This document shows positions 42,783-51,740 of a stretch of DNA of 64,000 nt, in pieces. The position numbers and the translations under genes are program-made. Positions within the stretch are counted from its first letter, which is position 1, and every line of letters begins with the position of its first letter. Source of the DNA: a bacterium (lineage in GTDB: Bacteria > Patescibacteriota > Minisyncoccia > Minisyncoccales > JAGLPU01). A model generated the notes under the pieces. The model did no database searches. It was not told the DNA's origin and saw nothing but the letters and a program-made list of their open reading frames with translations. The stretch covers positions 18,837 through 82,836 of the forward strand of contig DAOVZN010000001.1 of NCBI GenBank assembly GCA_030635055.1, read 5' to 3'.

Positions 42783-43490
42783 ATGTCAGGTCATTCTCAT
42801 TGGAGCTCAATTAAAAGGGCTAAAGAAGCCACAGATCAAAAACGGGGAAAGGTTTTTTCTAAAATTGCTCGGCAGATTTCGGTTGTCTCCAGAGAAAAAG
42901 GAGGAGATATTGAAACTAACGCTTCTCTACGCATTGTTATCGATAAAGCCAAAAAACTTAATATGCCCAAAGAAAACATTGAAAGGGCCATTAAGCGCGG
43001 CTCTGGAGAATTCGGCGAAGGCAAATTAGAAGAATTTATCTTTGAAGCTTACGGACCGGGAGGAATTGCCGTTATTATTGAAGGAATCACGGATAACAAG
43101 AATCGGGCCTTAGGAGAAATTAAACAAATTCTAAGTAAAAATGGTGGTAAATTAGCCAGCGAAGGCTCGGTGAAATGGATGTTTAACCAAAAAGGAGTGA
43201 TACTTATAGAAAATAAGGGGAATAAAGACGAGTTGGAAATGAAAGCGATTGAAGCTGGCGCTGAAGATATTAAATGGGAAGACGACAATCTGATTGTCTA
43301 TGCCAAGGCGGAAGATTTGGAAAAAACAAAAAAGAATTTGGAAAATCAGGGAACCGAGATTGAATCTGCTTCTTTGTGCTGGATAGCGAAAGAAGAAGTA
43401 GAACTGGAACAAAAAGAAAAGATGGAAAAACTTTTTGAACTCCTGGACGAAGAAGACGATATTCAGGAAATATATTCAAATTTAGCATGA
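42783..43490 (+). CDS. yebC: YebC/PmpR family DNA-binding regulator
   Basis: MSGHSHWSSIKRAKEATDQKRGKVFSKIARQI is the family signature. Confidence 0.9.
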   Translation: MSGHSHWSSIKRAKEATDQKRGKVFSKIARQISVVSREKGGDIETNASLRIVIDKAKKLNMPKENIERAIKRGSGEFGEGKLEEFIFEAYGPGGIAVIIEGITDNKNRALGEIKQILSKNGGKLASEGSVKWMFNQKGVILIENKGNKDELEMKAIEAGAEDIKWEDDNLIVYAKAEDLEKTKKNLENQGTEIESASLCWIAKEEVELEQKEKMEKLFELLDEEDDIQEIYSNLA

Positions 43491-43951
43491 TAATTTTAGG
43501 CATTGATCCCGGAACCGCAACCACCGGATTTGGACTAATAGAAAGCAGCCCGGAAATTAAGTATTTAGACCATGGCTGTATTAAAACCAGCTCCAAGCTG
43601 CCGGCGGAACAGCGGCTTAAGGAAATACACCAAAAACTCAGTAAAATAATAGGGCAATATCAGCCTGACGCTTTGGCCGTTGAAACCCTTTATTTTTTTA
43701 AAAATTTAAAAACAGCGATGCCTGTAAGCCAGGCAAGAGGAGTTATTTTATTGGCCGCCGCCCAAAAAAAAATTCCTATTTACGAATTCACTCCTTTGCA
43801 GGCAAAAATGGCGGTTGTCGGCTACGGACGAGCAGAAAAAAAACAAGTACAGGAGATGGTTAAGTTGCTTCTTAACTTGGAAGAAATACCAAAACCCGAT
43901 GATTCAGCCGACGCTTTGGCTATAGCTATTTGCTATTCTCGAACACTTTGA
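43487..43951 (+). CDS. ruvC: crossover junction endodeoxyribonuclease RuvC
   Basis: MIILGIDPGTATTGFGLIE; catalytic-acid pattern (ALAVETLYF, DDSADALAIA). Confidence 0.9.
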   Translation: MIILGIDPGTATTGFGLIESSPEIKYLDHGCIKTSSKLPAEQRLKEIHQKLSKIIGQYQPDALAVETLYFFKNLKTAMPVSQARGVILLAAAQKKIPIYEFTPLQAKMAVVGYGRAEKKQVQEMVKLLLNLEEIPKPDDSADALAIAICYSRTL

Positions 43952-43959
43952 AATAAGGG

Positions 43960-43987
43960 TTGACAAGGGTTTTTGAAAACATATAAT
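43960..43987 (+). promoter_or_regulatory. near-consensus promoter TTGACA-16-TATAAT
   Basis: TTGACA at 43960-43965 and TATAAT at 43982-43987. Confidence 0.6.
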
Positions 43988-44067
43988 TATTGTAATAATC
44001 CTTTTCATTGCTTATAGTAGTGAGGGATAAAGTCGATAATAATTAATATAATTTAAGAAACAAAATT

Positions 44068-44154
44068 ATGATTTACGAGGAAATCACAAACGAAGAAGAA
44101 GAAACTGAAGAGACCGAAGAAGATGAAGAAGAAGATGAAGACGATGAAGAGTAA
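44068..44154 (+). CDS. possible 28-codon hyper-acidic micro-ORF (MIYEEITNEEEETEETEEDEEEDEDDEE)
   Basis: ATG to TAA frame between a near-consensus promoter and a strong terminator. No clear SD, so coding status is unproven. Confidence 0.3.
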   Translation: MIYEEITNEEEETEETEEDEEEDEDDEE

Positions 44155-44169
44155 TTAAAAATACCTCCC

Positions 44170-44199
44170 CCCGCCAGTTTAACAGACTGGCGGGTTTTT
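44170..44199 (+). terminator. intrinsic terminator 24 nt before the PBP start codon
   Basis: CCCGCCAGT-TTAACAG-ACTGGCGGG (44170-44194) followed by TTTTT. Confidence 0.7.
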
Positions 44200-44222
44200 A
44201 TTAAAAATGTTAGATTTTAGAT

Positions 44223-46331
44223 ATGGCGGAAAGAAAATATTACCGCAAAATCTATCAAAAAAAGAAAAATAAGAAAATAAACTTAATTTTAAAGTTGTTG
44301 GTTTTTTGTTTTTTGTTTTTAGGATTTGCCTCTCTTTTGGTATTTTTTTACTATGCCAAAGACCTTCCTCGGCCAGAAGTATTCACTGAAAGACAATTTA
44401 TCCAATCAACTAAAATTTATGACCGGACAGGAGAAGTGTTGCTTTATGACATTCACGGAGAAGAAAGAAGGACTATAGTATCTTTAAACATTATCCCTAA
44501 GAGCCTGCAACAAGCAGTCATGGCGGCCGAAGACGCTAGATTTTACCAACATTTTGGAATAGATTTTAAAGGAGTAGGCAGAGCAATACTGGTTAATTTG
44601 CAAAGGAGAGATGTTTCTTCTTCTGTTGGAGCTTCAACCATCACGCAGCAGTTTATCCGCTGCTCTTTTTTGACAATGGAAAAAACCATAGAAAGAAAGA
44701 TAAAAGAACTCGTTTTAACAATAGAAATAGAAAGAAGGTATTCTAAGGACCAAATTCTGGAATGGTATTTAAATCAAGTTCCTCTAGGAAGCGTTTATGG
44801 AGTAGAGGCCGCCAGCAGGTCATTTTTTGATAAAAAAGTGCAAGATATTTCTTTAGCAGAATCAGCCATAATAGCTTCTTTAATTAAGGCTCCCAGTTAT
44901 CTTTTAGAAAATAAAGATAAACTTGTTATAAGAAAAGATTATGTTCTGGATAGAATGGTGGAAGAAAATTTTATCACGGCAGAAGAGGCGGAAACCGCTA
45001 AAAAAGAAGAAATAAAATTCGCCAAGGCTAAATCAATCCAAGCCCCTCATTTTACCCTCTATATTAAAAAATATCTAACAGAAAAATACGGGGAGAAGTT
45101 TTTAGAAGAGAAAGGATTGAAAATCTATACTTCCTTAGACTGGAACCTCCAACAGGAAGTAGAAAAAATAATAGAAGAAAGAGCAAAAATTAACGAGAAC
45201 TATGGAGCCTTTAATGCTTCTTTGGTTGCTCTTGACCCAAAAACCGGAGAAGTTTTAAGTATGGCCGGTTCAAAGGACTACTTTGCCGACTCTTATCCCG
45301 AAGGCTGCTCTGGTCCGGACTGCTTATTTGAACCGGATTTTAATGTGTCCATGATTGGGAAGAGACAGCCGGGATCAGCTTTCAAGCCTTTCGCTTACGC
45401 CACTGCTTTTAAAAAAGGATTTACCCCGGAAACAATTTTATGGGATGTAGAGACTAATTTCGGCATTTACGGCAACGAGTCCTATATCCCGCAAAACTAT
45501 AATGAAAAATTCCAAGGAGCCATAAGCTTAAGGGATGCTTTGGCTCAGTCCGTTAATGTTCCCGCAGTAAAAATGCTTTATTTGGCCGGACAAAAAGATA
45601 CACTAGAGACAGCTAAAAAACTTGGCATAACAACCTTAGAAAAAGACCCCTCTTATTACGGCCTATCTTTAGTTCTGGGAGGAGGAGAAGTCAAGCTGAT
45701 AGATATGGTTTCGGCTTACGGGGTATTCGCCACTGAAGGGCTGCAAATTCCTCCTGTGTTTATTTTAAAAATTGAAGACAGTCAAGGAAACATTATTGAA
45801 GAAAACAATAAAACTCTAAAGAGAGTTTTAGATAGACAAACAACAAAAAACATCAATGACATTCTTTCTGATAATCAAGCTCGCACACCAACTTTCGGAC
45901 CTAATTCCGCTCTACACTTTAATGATCGCCAGGTAGCGGGGAAAACCGGAACTACCCAAGAATACAAGGACGCATGGACAATAGGATACACTCCTTCAAT
46001 TGTGGTCGGAGTGTGGGTTGGAAATAATAATAATTCTCCGACAAAAAAGCCCGGTGTAGTTTTAGCCGGGCCCATCTTTCATAGAGTTATGGAAAAAGCT
46101 TTATTAGGGACTGAAAAAGAATACTTTAATGAGCCCGAAGTGATTATAACTTCTAAGCCGATTTTAAACGGAGAAGTAGAAGAATATGAACTGCCGGAAA
46201 CACCTCATTCCATTTTGTATTATGTTGATAAAAATAACCCCTTAGGAGAAATGCCTGTTGAGCCTGAATCAGATTCCCAATACTCAGCGTGGGAACAAGG
46301 GATCAAGGATTATTTTAAAGTTTCTGATTAA
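44223..46331 (+). CDS. class A penicillin-binding protein (glycosyltransferase + transpeptidase)
   Basis: N-terminal TM. GT51 motifs EDARFYQHFGID and ITQQ. Transpeptidase motifs SAFKP (SxxK), SVN (in LAQSVNV) and KTGT. Confidence 0.9.
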   Translation: MAERKYYRKIYQKKKNKKINLILKLLVFCFLFLGFASLLVFFYYAKDLPRPEVFTERQFIQSTKIYDRTGEVLLYDIHGEERRTIVSLNIIPKSLQQAVMAAEDARFYQHFGIDFKGVGRAILVNLQRRDVSSSVGASTITQQFIRCSFLTMEKTIERKIKELVLTIEIERRYSKDQILEWYLNQVPLGSVYGVEAASRSFFDKKVQDISLAESAIIASLIKAPSYLLENKDKLVIRKDYVLDRMVEENFITAEEAETAKKEEIKFAKAKSIQAPHFTLYIKKYLTEKYGEKFLEEKGLKIYTSLDWNLQQEVEKIIEERAKINENYGAFNASLVALDPKTGEVLSMAGSKDYFADSYPEGCSGPDCLFEPDFNVSMIGKRQPGSAFKPFAYATAFKKGFTPETILWDVETNFGIYGNESYIPQNYNEKFQGAISLRDALAQSVNVPAVKMLYLAGQKDTLETAKKLGITTLEKDPSYYGLSLVLGGGEVKLIDMVSAYGVFATEGLQIPPVFILKIEDSQGNIIEENNKTLKRVLDRQTTKNINDILSDNQARTPTFGPNSALHFNDRQVAGKTGTTQEYKDAWTIGYTPSIVVGVWVGNNNNSPTKKPGVVLAGPIFHRVMEKALLGTEKEYFNEPEVIITSKPILNGEVEEYELPETPHSILYYVDKNNPLGEMPVEPESDSQYSAWEQGIKDYFKVSD

Positions 46332-47458
46332 TTACCCTTAATCGGCATCACCACATAAAGATAACTCGTATCCCCTACCGGCTTTAATATCGCCGGCCCT
46401 TCTATTCCATTAATGCCGAAGATGACTTCGTCACTTTTTATATTTGTCAGTCCATCAAGTAAGAATTTAAAATTAAAGGAAGTCTCTGTATTTTTGCCTT
46501 CCGCTTTGACTAAAATTTCTGATTTGTTCTCTCCAATCTCCGGGGTTTGGGCAAAAAGCTCCATTTTATTCTTATTGACATTGACATTGATTTTGATTTC
46601 ATTGGTTTTCCCACTGAACAACGAAGTTGTTTTAATTTGGCTGATAAGCTCATCTCTTGAAACAACCACTTGCGTTTCATATTTTTGAGGAATAATTTCT
46701 TGATAATTAGGATATTTCCCCTCTATTAGACGAGACACAAGCTGAATTTGAGGCTGATTGCCTTCTGGAAAAGACAGTTCAAATAAAACCTGGCTAGATG
46801 ATAAATACATTTTTAATTTATCCTCTCTTTCAGAAGTAATATTAATAAGCTCGCGCGCTGTTCTTTGAGGAATAATAAAAGAAGTTTCTTTTTTTATATC
46901 CATTCCGTCTTTAAAATAAAGAGTTTTCTCGGCTAGTCTAAAACTATCTGTTGCCACGATCTTTAAAGCGTTTTTTTGTAAATTAAAATAAATTCCGGAT
47001 ATTTCGGGCTTAGTCTGGTTTAAAGAGCTGAATTCCACCACTTGAGATATTCCTTTATAAAAAGGGATACTGTTTATTTCTATAAAATCAGTAGTTTCAG
47101 TTTTAGGGATAATAGGAAAATCATCTGGGGACTGCCCTTTAATTTTCACATTATAATTATCGCAGTTTATATTTAAAACTTGATCTTTTTCTTCTAAAGT
47201 TATCTTCTTGTTTGGTAAGGAATTAACTAAACTTAAAATAAGCTTTGCCGGAACCGTTATCTTTCCTTCTTTTTCTGTTTTAGTTAAAGTCCAATAATTT
47301 ATTCCCACTTCTAAATCGGTAGTGGAAAGTTTTAAAAGATTCTTTTTAACAGAAATCAAAACATTATTTAAAATAGGCAATGTTAAGTTTTTTCCTGTAA
47401 TTCTTTCGACAATGTCTAATCCTCTTTTTAAATTTTCTTTTAATATAATTAAATTCAT
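46328..47458 (-). CDS. dnaN: DNA polymerase III subunit beta
   Basis: 376 aa with a three-domain clamp pattern, directly downstream of dnaA. Confidence 0.88.
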   Translation of the reverse strand: MNLIILKENLKRGLDIVERITGKNLTLPILNNVLISVKKNLLKLSTTDLEVGINYWTLTKTEKEGKITVPAKLILSLVNSLPNKKITLEEKDQVLNINCDNYNVKIKGQSPDDFPIIPKTETTDFIEINSIPFYKGISQVVEFSSLNQTKPEISGIYFNLQKNALKIVATDSFRLAEKTLYFKDGMDIKKETSFIIPQRTARELINITSEREDKLKMYLSSSQVLFELSFPEGNQPQIQLVSRLIEGKYPNYQEIIPQKYETQVVVSRDELISQIKTTSLFSGKTNEIKINVNVNKNKMELFAQTPEIGENKSEILVKAEGKNTETSFNFKFLLDGLTNIKSDEVIFGINGIEGPAILKPVGDTSYLYVVMPIKGN

Positions 47459-47655
47459 TGTTGTTACTATATCGTTATATTTTTATATTTTTACTCTTAT
47501 TTAGCTTAGAATAAAGTGTGGAAAATGTAGTGGATGAATCCCTTATTTTCTCCTTAATAAATTGTGACCTTTTTAATTGTTTTAAAAGCTATAAAATTTA
47601 TCCTCTATTCTTAAAGTATTTTTCCTCTTCTTTGTCCACAGTTTTTAAACACTCT
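47459..47655. other. dnaA-dnaN spacer with DnaA-box-like 9-mers and an AT-rich tract (oriC candidate)
   Basis: TTTTCCACA (reverse complement, 47517-47525) and TTGTCCACA (47632-47640) each have 1 mismatch to TTATCCACA. Weaker boxes lie at 47529-47537 and 47598-47606. An AT-rich run TTATATTTTTATATTTTTAC is near 47475-47500. Confidence 0.5.
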
Positions 47656-48996
47656 TTATAAATATAATTGCTCTTTTATTAATTTTATTTCTTCAACCAA
47701 TATTTCGTTTTCCTCTTTTTCTTTGGCAATTTTCGTACAAGCATGGATAGCGGTTGTATGGTCTTTTCCTCCGAACTTTCTTCCAATAGCAGGAAATGAA
47801 TTACTTAATTCGTTTCTTAATAAATACATGGCAATTTGTCTGGGTCTGACAATTTCTTTCTTGCGAGAAGCAGCTATTAAATCTTTTTCCTTCAGATCAT
47901 AAAATTCAGCCACTATTTGGATTATTTTTCTTGGATTAATCACTTTTACCGGCGATAAAATAGCTGTTTTAAGAAGGTTTTTTATAATTAATAGGTCAGC
48001 ATCTTTGTTATTGATTTTTTGATAAGCGGCCAATCTATTTAGGGCGCCTTCTAGCTCTCTGATGTTCTTTTTAATATTAGTGGCAATATATTCTAAGATT
48101 TCGTCAGAGATGTTAACCCTTTTTTCTTGCGATTTAACTTTTAAAATAGCCATCCTAGTTTCAAAGTCCGGGAAATCAACGTCAGCGATCATTCCCCCTT
48201 CAAAACGGGAACGCAGTCTGTCTTCTAAAGCGGAAATAGCCTTAGGAGGACGGTCAGCAGAAAGAATGATTTGTTTATTTTCTTCATATAGAGTATTAAA
48301 AATGTGAAAAAATTCTTCTTGAGTTTTTTCTTTTCCGGCTAAAAACTGGATATCGTCAATAATTAAGACATCGTATTTGCGATATTGTGTTTTGAAACTT
48401 TCAATACTGTGGTCTCTGATAGAATTAACCACTCCGGAAATAAATTTTTCTGAAGGAATATATTTTATTTTTTTTCGTGGAAAGTTTTTTTTCACCTTAT
48501 CTCCGATAGCTTGTATTAAATGTGTTTTGCCTAGTCCCACTCCCCCATAAATGAAAAGAGGATTATAAACGGCGCCGGGATTTTTGGAAACAGCCCATGC
48601 GGCAGCGTGAGGTAATTCGTTAAACGGACCCACTACAAAATTTTCAAAAGTATAACGGGGGTTAAGGTTAGTCTCTCTATTAATTTTAAGCTCTTGGAAT
48701 TCAAGCTGGTCAGTTTCCGGAAGACTTACTGTCGGCTGTTTTTTAAATTCAGTGTGATTCACCGTATATTGAGCTTCTTTGATTCCCTCATCAAGGTTAT
48801 GCAGGGTTTTAAGGATAATCTTATTATACTTGTTTTCCAGCCATTCCTTTGAAAAATTATTAGGGACAGAAACAATTACCAATCCTTCTTTTTTATTAAG
48901 AATTTTAGTGTTTTTAAACCAGGTAGCAAAACTAGCCTGTGAAATATTAAATTGGATTTGAGCAAGAACTGCTTGCCAAAGTTCTTCGTTATTCAT
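47656..48996 (-). CDS. dnaA: chromosomal replication initiator DnaA
   Basis: Walker A GGVGLGKTHL, Walker B VLIIDDIQF, and the C-terminal DNA-binding helix (GGKDHTTAIHA). Confidence 0.95.
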   Translation of the reverse strand: MNNEELWQAVLAQIQFNISQASFATWFKNTKILNKKEGLVIVSVPNNFSKEWLENKYNKIILKTLHNLDEGIKEAQYTVNHTEFKKQPTVSLPETDQLEFQELKINRETNLNPRYTFENFVVGPFNELPHAAAWAVSKNPGAVYNPLFIYGGVGLGKTHLIQAIGDKVKKNFPRKKIKYIPSEKFISGVVNSIRDHSIESFKTQYRKYDVLIIDDIQFLAGKEKTQEEFFHIFNTLYEENKQIILSADRPPKAISALEDRLRSRFEGGMIADVDFPDFETRMAILKVKSQEKRVNISDEILEYIATNIKKNIRELEGALNRLAAYQKINNKDADLLIIKNLLKTAILSPVKVINPRKIIQIVAEFYDLKEKDLIAASRKKEIVRPRQIAMYLLRNELSNSFPAIGRKFGGKDHTTAIHACTKIAKEKEENEILVEEIKLIKEQLYL

Positions 48997-49074
48997 AAAT
49001 TTAATACTAGAATTTCCTTGTTTAGTATAACATAAGTCTTAAACAAGAGTAAAATAAGCGTAAGTATAATTTTG

Positions 49075-49094
49075 TGTTGATAAGCTGTGGATAA
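49075..49094. promoter_or_regulatory. tandem DnaA boxes in the dnaA-rpmH divergent spacer
   Basis: TGTGGATAA at 49086-49094 is the exact complement of TTATCCACA. TGTTGATAA at 49075-49083 has 1 mismatch and the same orientation. Confidence 0.65.
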
Positions 49095-49137
49095 CTTGTG
49101 TAGTGTTTCAAAACAAGTGATTGTAATTGTCAAAAAA

Positions 49138-49166
49138 TTGACTAAAATACAAGAAACTGATATATT
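49138..49166 (+). promoter_or_regulatory. rpmH promoter TTGACT-17-TATATT
   Basis: -35 at 49138-49143 and -10 at 49161-49166. The ATG at 49174 is only 7 nt downstream. Confidence 0.5.
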
Positions 49167-49173
49167 AGTTAAT

Positions 49174-49308
49174 ATGAGTATTACTTATCAACCTAAAAAA
49201 AGAAAAAGAAAGCGGACTCACGGGTTTAAGACAAGACAGAATACTAAGAATGGGAGAGAGGTCTTATCTCGCCGCAGAGCAAAAAATAGGCAGAAACTAA
49301 CTGTCTAG
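49174..49308 (+). CDS. rpmH: 50S ribosomal protein L34
   Basis: 44 aa, [44 protein letters not shown]. The track ORF (from 49087) includes a non-native extension. Confidence 0.9.
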   Translation: MSITYQPKKRKRKRTHGFKTRQNTKNGREVLSRRRAKNRQKLTV

Positions 49309-49323
49309 TTATTCTGTTAGTAT

Positions 49324-49689
49324 ATGTTACCAAAAGAGAACAGATTAAGGAGTAAAAAAGATTTTGACAGAGTTTTTAGAGAAGGGAGAGGGCTTAAAGA
49401 AGATTTTCTTTATTTGAAATTTGCAAAAAATAATTCAAATTTCAGCCGTTTTGGCTTTATTGTCAGCCAGAAAGTTTCTAAGAGGGCAGTTGTCAGAAAT
49501 AGGCTTAAAAGAGCCTTGAGAGCACTGATAAGAACGAGAATGCCTAGAGTTAAGAAAGGAGTAGATATTGTTCTGATAGCGATTTCTGGATTAGAGAATA
49601 AAGATTTTTGGGAGCTGGAGAATATTGTGGATAAAATTTTTGAAAGAACAAAGATTTTAGAAAATATAAATGAAAATATTAGTTCTTAA
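49324..49689 (+). CDS. rnpA: ribonuclease P protein component
   Basis: Basic 121-aa protein with an RNR-like motif ([12 protein letters not shown]), located after rpmH. Confidence 0.85.
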   Translation: MLPKENRLRSKKDFDRVFREGRGLKEDFLYLKFAKNNSNFSRFGFIVSQKVSKRAVVRNRLKRALRALIRTRMPRVKKGVDIVLIAISGLENKDFWELENIVDKIFERTKILENINENISS

Positions 49690-49876
49690 GATTATAAGTT
49701 TTTATCGGAAGTTTATTTCCCCTCTTTTGGGGAAACGTTGCCGTTTTTATCCCAGTTGTTCTCAATATACCTATAGAGCTATTGAAAAATATGGGCTGTC
49801 CAAGGGCTTGATGCAAGGAATAAAAAGAATATTGAGGTGCCATCCGTTTAATCCGGGAGGGATAGATTTTCCCTAA
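49670..49876 (+). CDS. yidD: membrane protein insertion efficiency factor YidD
   Basis: [32 protein letters not shown]. Confidence 0.9.
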   Translation: MKILVLKIISFYRKFISPLLGKRCRFYPSCSQYTYRAIEKYGLSKGLMQGIKRILRCHPFNPGGIDFP

Positions 49877-49920
49877 TTAAAAAGACGAAAATAATAATAA
49901 GTTTGACTTAAATTTTTATT

Positions 49921-50655
49921 GTGTTTGATTTATTAATCTCATTTTTTAATACTGTCCTATATCAGCCGTTATTTAATGCTCTGATTTTGTTATACGAATA
50001 CCTGCCCGGTCATGATTTTGGTATAGCGGTTATCGCGCTGACTTTGATAATTCGTTTACTGCTTTATCCTTCTTCAGTGCAGGCGATTAAATCCCAGGCG
50101 GCGCTGTCCAGGCTCCAGCCTAAAATTAAAGAAATTCAGCAGAAATACAAAGACGAAAAAGAAAAGCAAGCCATGGAGATGATGGAGCTTTATAAGAAGG
50201 AAAAGATTAATCCTCTTTCCGGATGCTTGCCCTTGCTAATACAGCTGCCGTTGATTATTGCCCTTTATCAAGTATTTTGGAAAGGTTTTAAAAGTGAAGA
50301 AATGCATTTTCTTTATAGTTTTGTCCCCTATTCCGGGACTATCGATACTACTTTTCTGGGGATGCTCAGTCTAAGTGAACCTTCGGCGGTCCTGGCTGTT
50401 TTAGCCGGTATAGCCCAGTTCTTTCAAAGCAAAATGATGGTTACCGCGCCTACTTCTAAAAAGAAAGGAAATGATATCGCCCAAACAATGCAAAAGCAAA
50501 TGACATATTTTCTTCCTTTTTTTACAGTTTTTATTCTTTGGAATATGCCGTCAGCAGTCGGATTGTATTGGCTAGTAACCAGCCTTTTTTCCATAATTCA
50601 ACAATATTTTATTTTAAAGCCTCAGGCCCAGCCTATCCAGGGAAGCCAGGGTTAA
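49921..50655 (+). CDS. yidC: membrane protein insertase YidC (short form)
   Basis: GTG start. LQPKIKEIQQKYKDE...MMELYKKEKINPLSGCLP and about 5 TM. Confidence 0.85.
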   Translation: MFDLLISFFNTVLYQPLFNALILLYEYLPGHDFGIAVIALTLIIRLLLYPSSVQAIKSQAALSRLQPKIKEIQQKYKDEKEKQAMEMMELYKKEKINPLSGCLPLLIQLPLIIALYQVFWKGFKSEEMHFLYSFVPYSGTIDTTFLGMLSLSEPSAVLAVLAGIAQFFQSKMMVTAPTSKKKGNDIAQTMQKQMTYFLPFFTVFILWNMPSAVGLYWLVTSLFSIIQQYFILKPQAQPIQGSQG

Positions 50656-50686
50656 GTTTTCTAACAACTTAGGGGTTAGAACCATT

Positions 50687-51148
50687 ATGATTAATCAAGA
50701 AAATTTAGAAAAAATAAGAGAAATCAGCCAGGATTTTTTCCAGAGAGTTGATGGTGAGGCTCAAATCACAGTTGTGATCCTTAATGATGAATCAGTTCAA
50801 GTTGATTTAAGAATTGAGAAGCCGCAAATGTTGATTGGAAACAGGGGCGCGATTTTAATTGAAATCCAACACCTTTTAAAAGCAATATTAAAGAGAAAAA
50901 TAAACGAAGATTTCTATATTGATCTTGATATCAACGATTATAAAAAGAAAAAGAACGAATACATAAAGCAATTAAGTGAATCTTTGGCAGAAGAAGTGGC
51001 GCTTACTAAAAAAGAAAAGATATTGCCTTCAATGTCGGCTTACGAAAGAAGAATCGTCCATTTATTATTGGCTGATCGAGAGGATGTGGTTACGGAAAGC
51101 ATTGGGGTGGAACCGGAAAGAAGGGTGATCATTAGGATACAATCATAA
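50687..51148 (+). CDS. jag: Jag/KhpB-like KH + R3H RNA-binding protein
   Basis: KH-like GNRGAILIEIQHLLK and R3H-like MSAYERRIVH, in the conserved position after yidC. Confidence 0.8.
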   Translation: MINQENLEKIREISQDFFQRVDGEAQITVVILNDESVQVDLRIEKPQMLIGNRGAILIEIQHLLKAILKRKINEDFYIDLDINDYKKKKNEYIKQLSESLAEEVALTKKEKILPSMSAYERRIVHLLLADREDVVTESIGVEPERRVIIRIQS

Positions 51149-51161
51149 TTTCAAAAAACAA

Positions 51162-51188
51162 AAAGAGGGATTATTCCCCTCTTTTTTC
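51162..51188 (+). terminator. intrinsic terminator after jag
   Basis: AAAGAGGG-ATTATTC-CCCTCTTT followed by TTT. Confidence 0.6.
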
Positions 51189-51217
51189 TTGACAGGTGTT
51201 TGGAAATGTTACATAAT
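51189..51217 (+). promoter_or_regulatory. candidate promoter TTGACA-17-CATAAT
   Basis: -35 at 51189-51194 and -10 at 51212-51217. Confidence 0.5.
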
Positions 51218-51279
51218 TATAATAATATAGCTCTTTAGCTCTTTACAATAATTTAACAATTAAAAAAGAGAAAGAGATA

Positions 51280-51699
51280 ATGTCTGAGGTGATTGAAATG
51301 GAAGGAAAGAAACATAGAATATTCCCACCGATATTTGTTGATAAAGAGAAGAGAATTGGCTTCGGGATTCTTGCTCTATTTTGTCTTGTGATAGTGGGAG
51401 CTTACGCTTTTGGAGGCGGTGGCGATGTTATCGCAGATAGCGTAGGTTGTTATGTGTGCGGCACATGGGTCCCCGTGAGAGAAGTAGGAGGAACAGTTAG
51501 CATAGAATTTAGTAGTGATGGCAGTTTCAACTACTTTGAAAACATGGAAGATGACTGGGCCAGGTTTTCCGCAGCCGGCACATGGGAACAGACAGGAAAC
51601 ACAATAACAGTTGAATATAGAGGACTGAAAGAAACATGTGTTTTAAAAGGAAGAGTCTTGCACGACGAAGATGGCATAGCATGGAAAAAGCTCCGTTAA
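51280..51699 (+). CDS. small membrane-anchored hypothetical protein
   Basis: 139 aa with one TM (IGFGILALFCLVIVGAYAF) and a Trp/Gly-rich C-terminal domain. Confidence 0.55.
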   Translation: MSEVIEMEGKKHRIFPPIFVDKEKRIGFGILALFCLVIVGAYAFGGGGDVIADSVGCYVCGTWVPVREVGGTVSIEFSSDGSFNYFENMEDDWARFSAAGTWEQTGNTITVEYRGLKETCVLKGRVLHDEDGIAWKKLR

Positions 51700-51703
51700 A
51701 AAA

Positions 51704-51740
51704 ATATTTCTGTCTTAATAGGCAGAAATTTTTTTATTTT
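51704..51740. terminator. bidirectional terminator hairpin between convergent genes
   Basis: ATTTCTGTC-TTAATA-GGCAGAAAT flanked by A-run and T-run. Confidence 0.5.
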
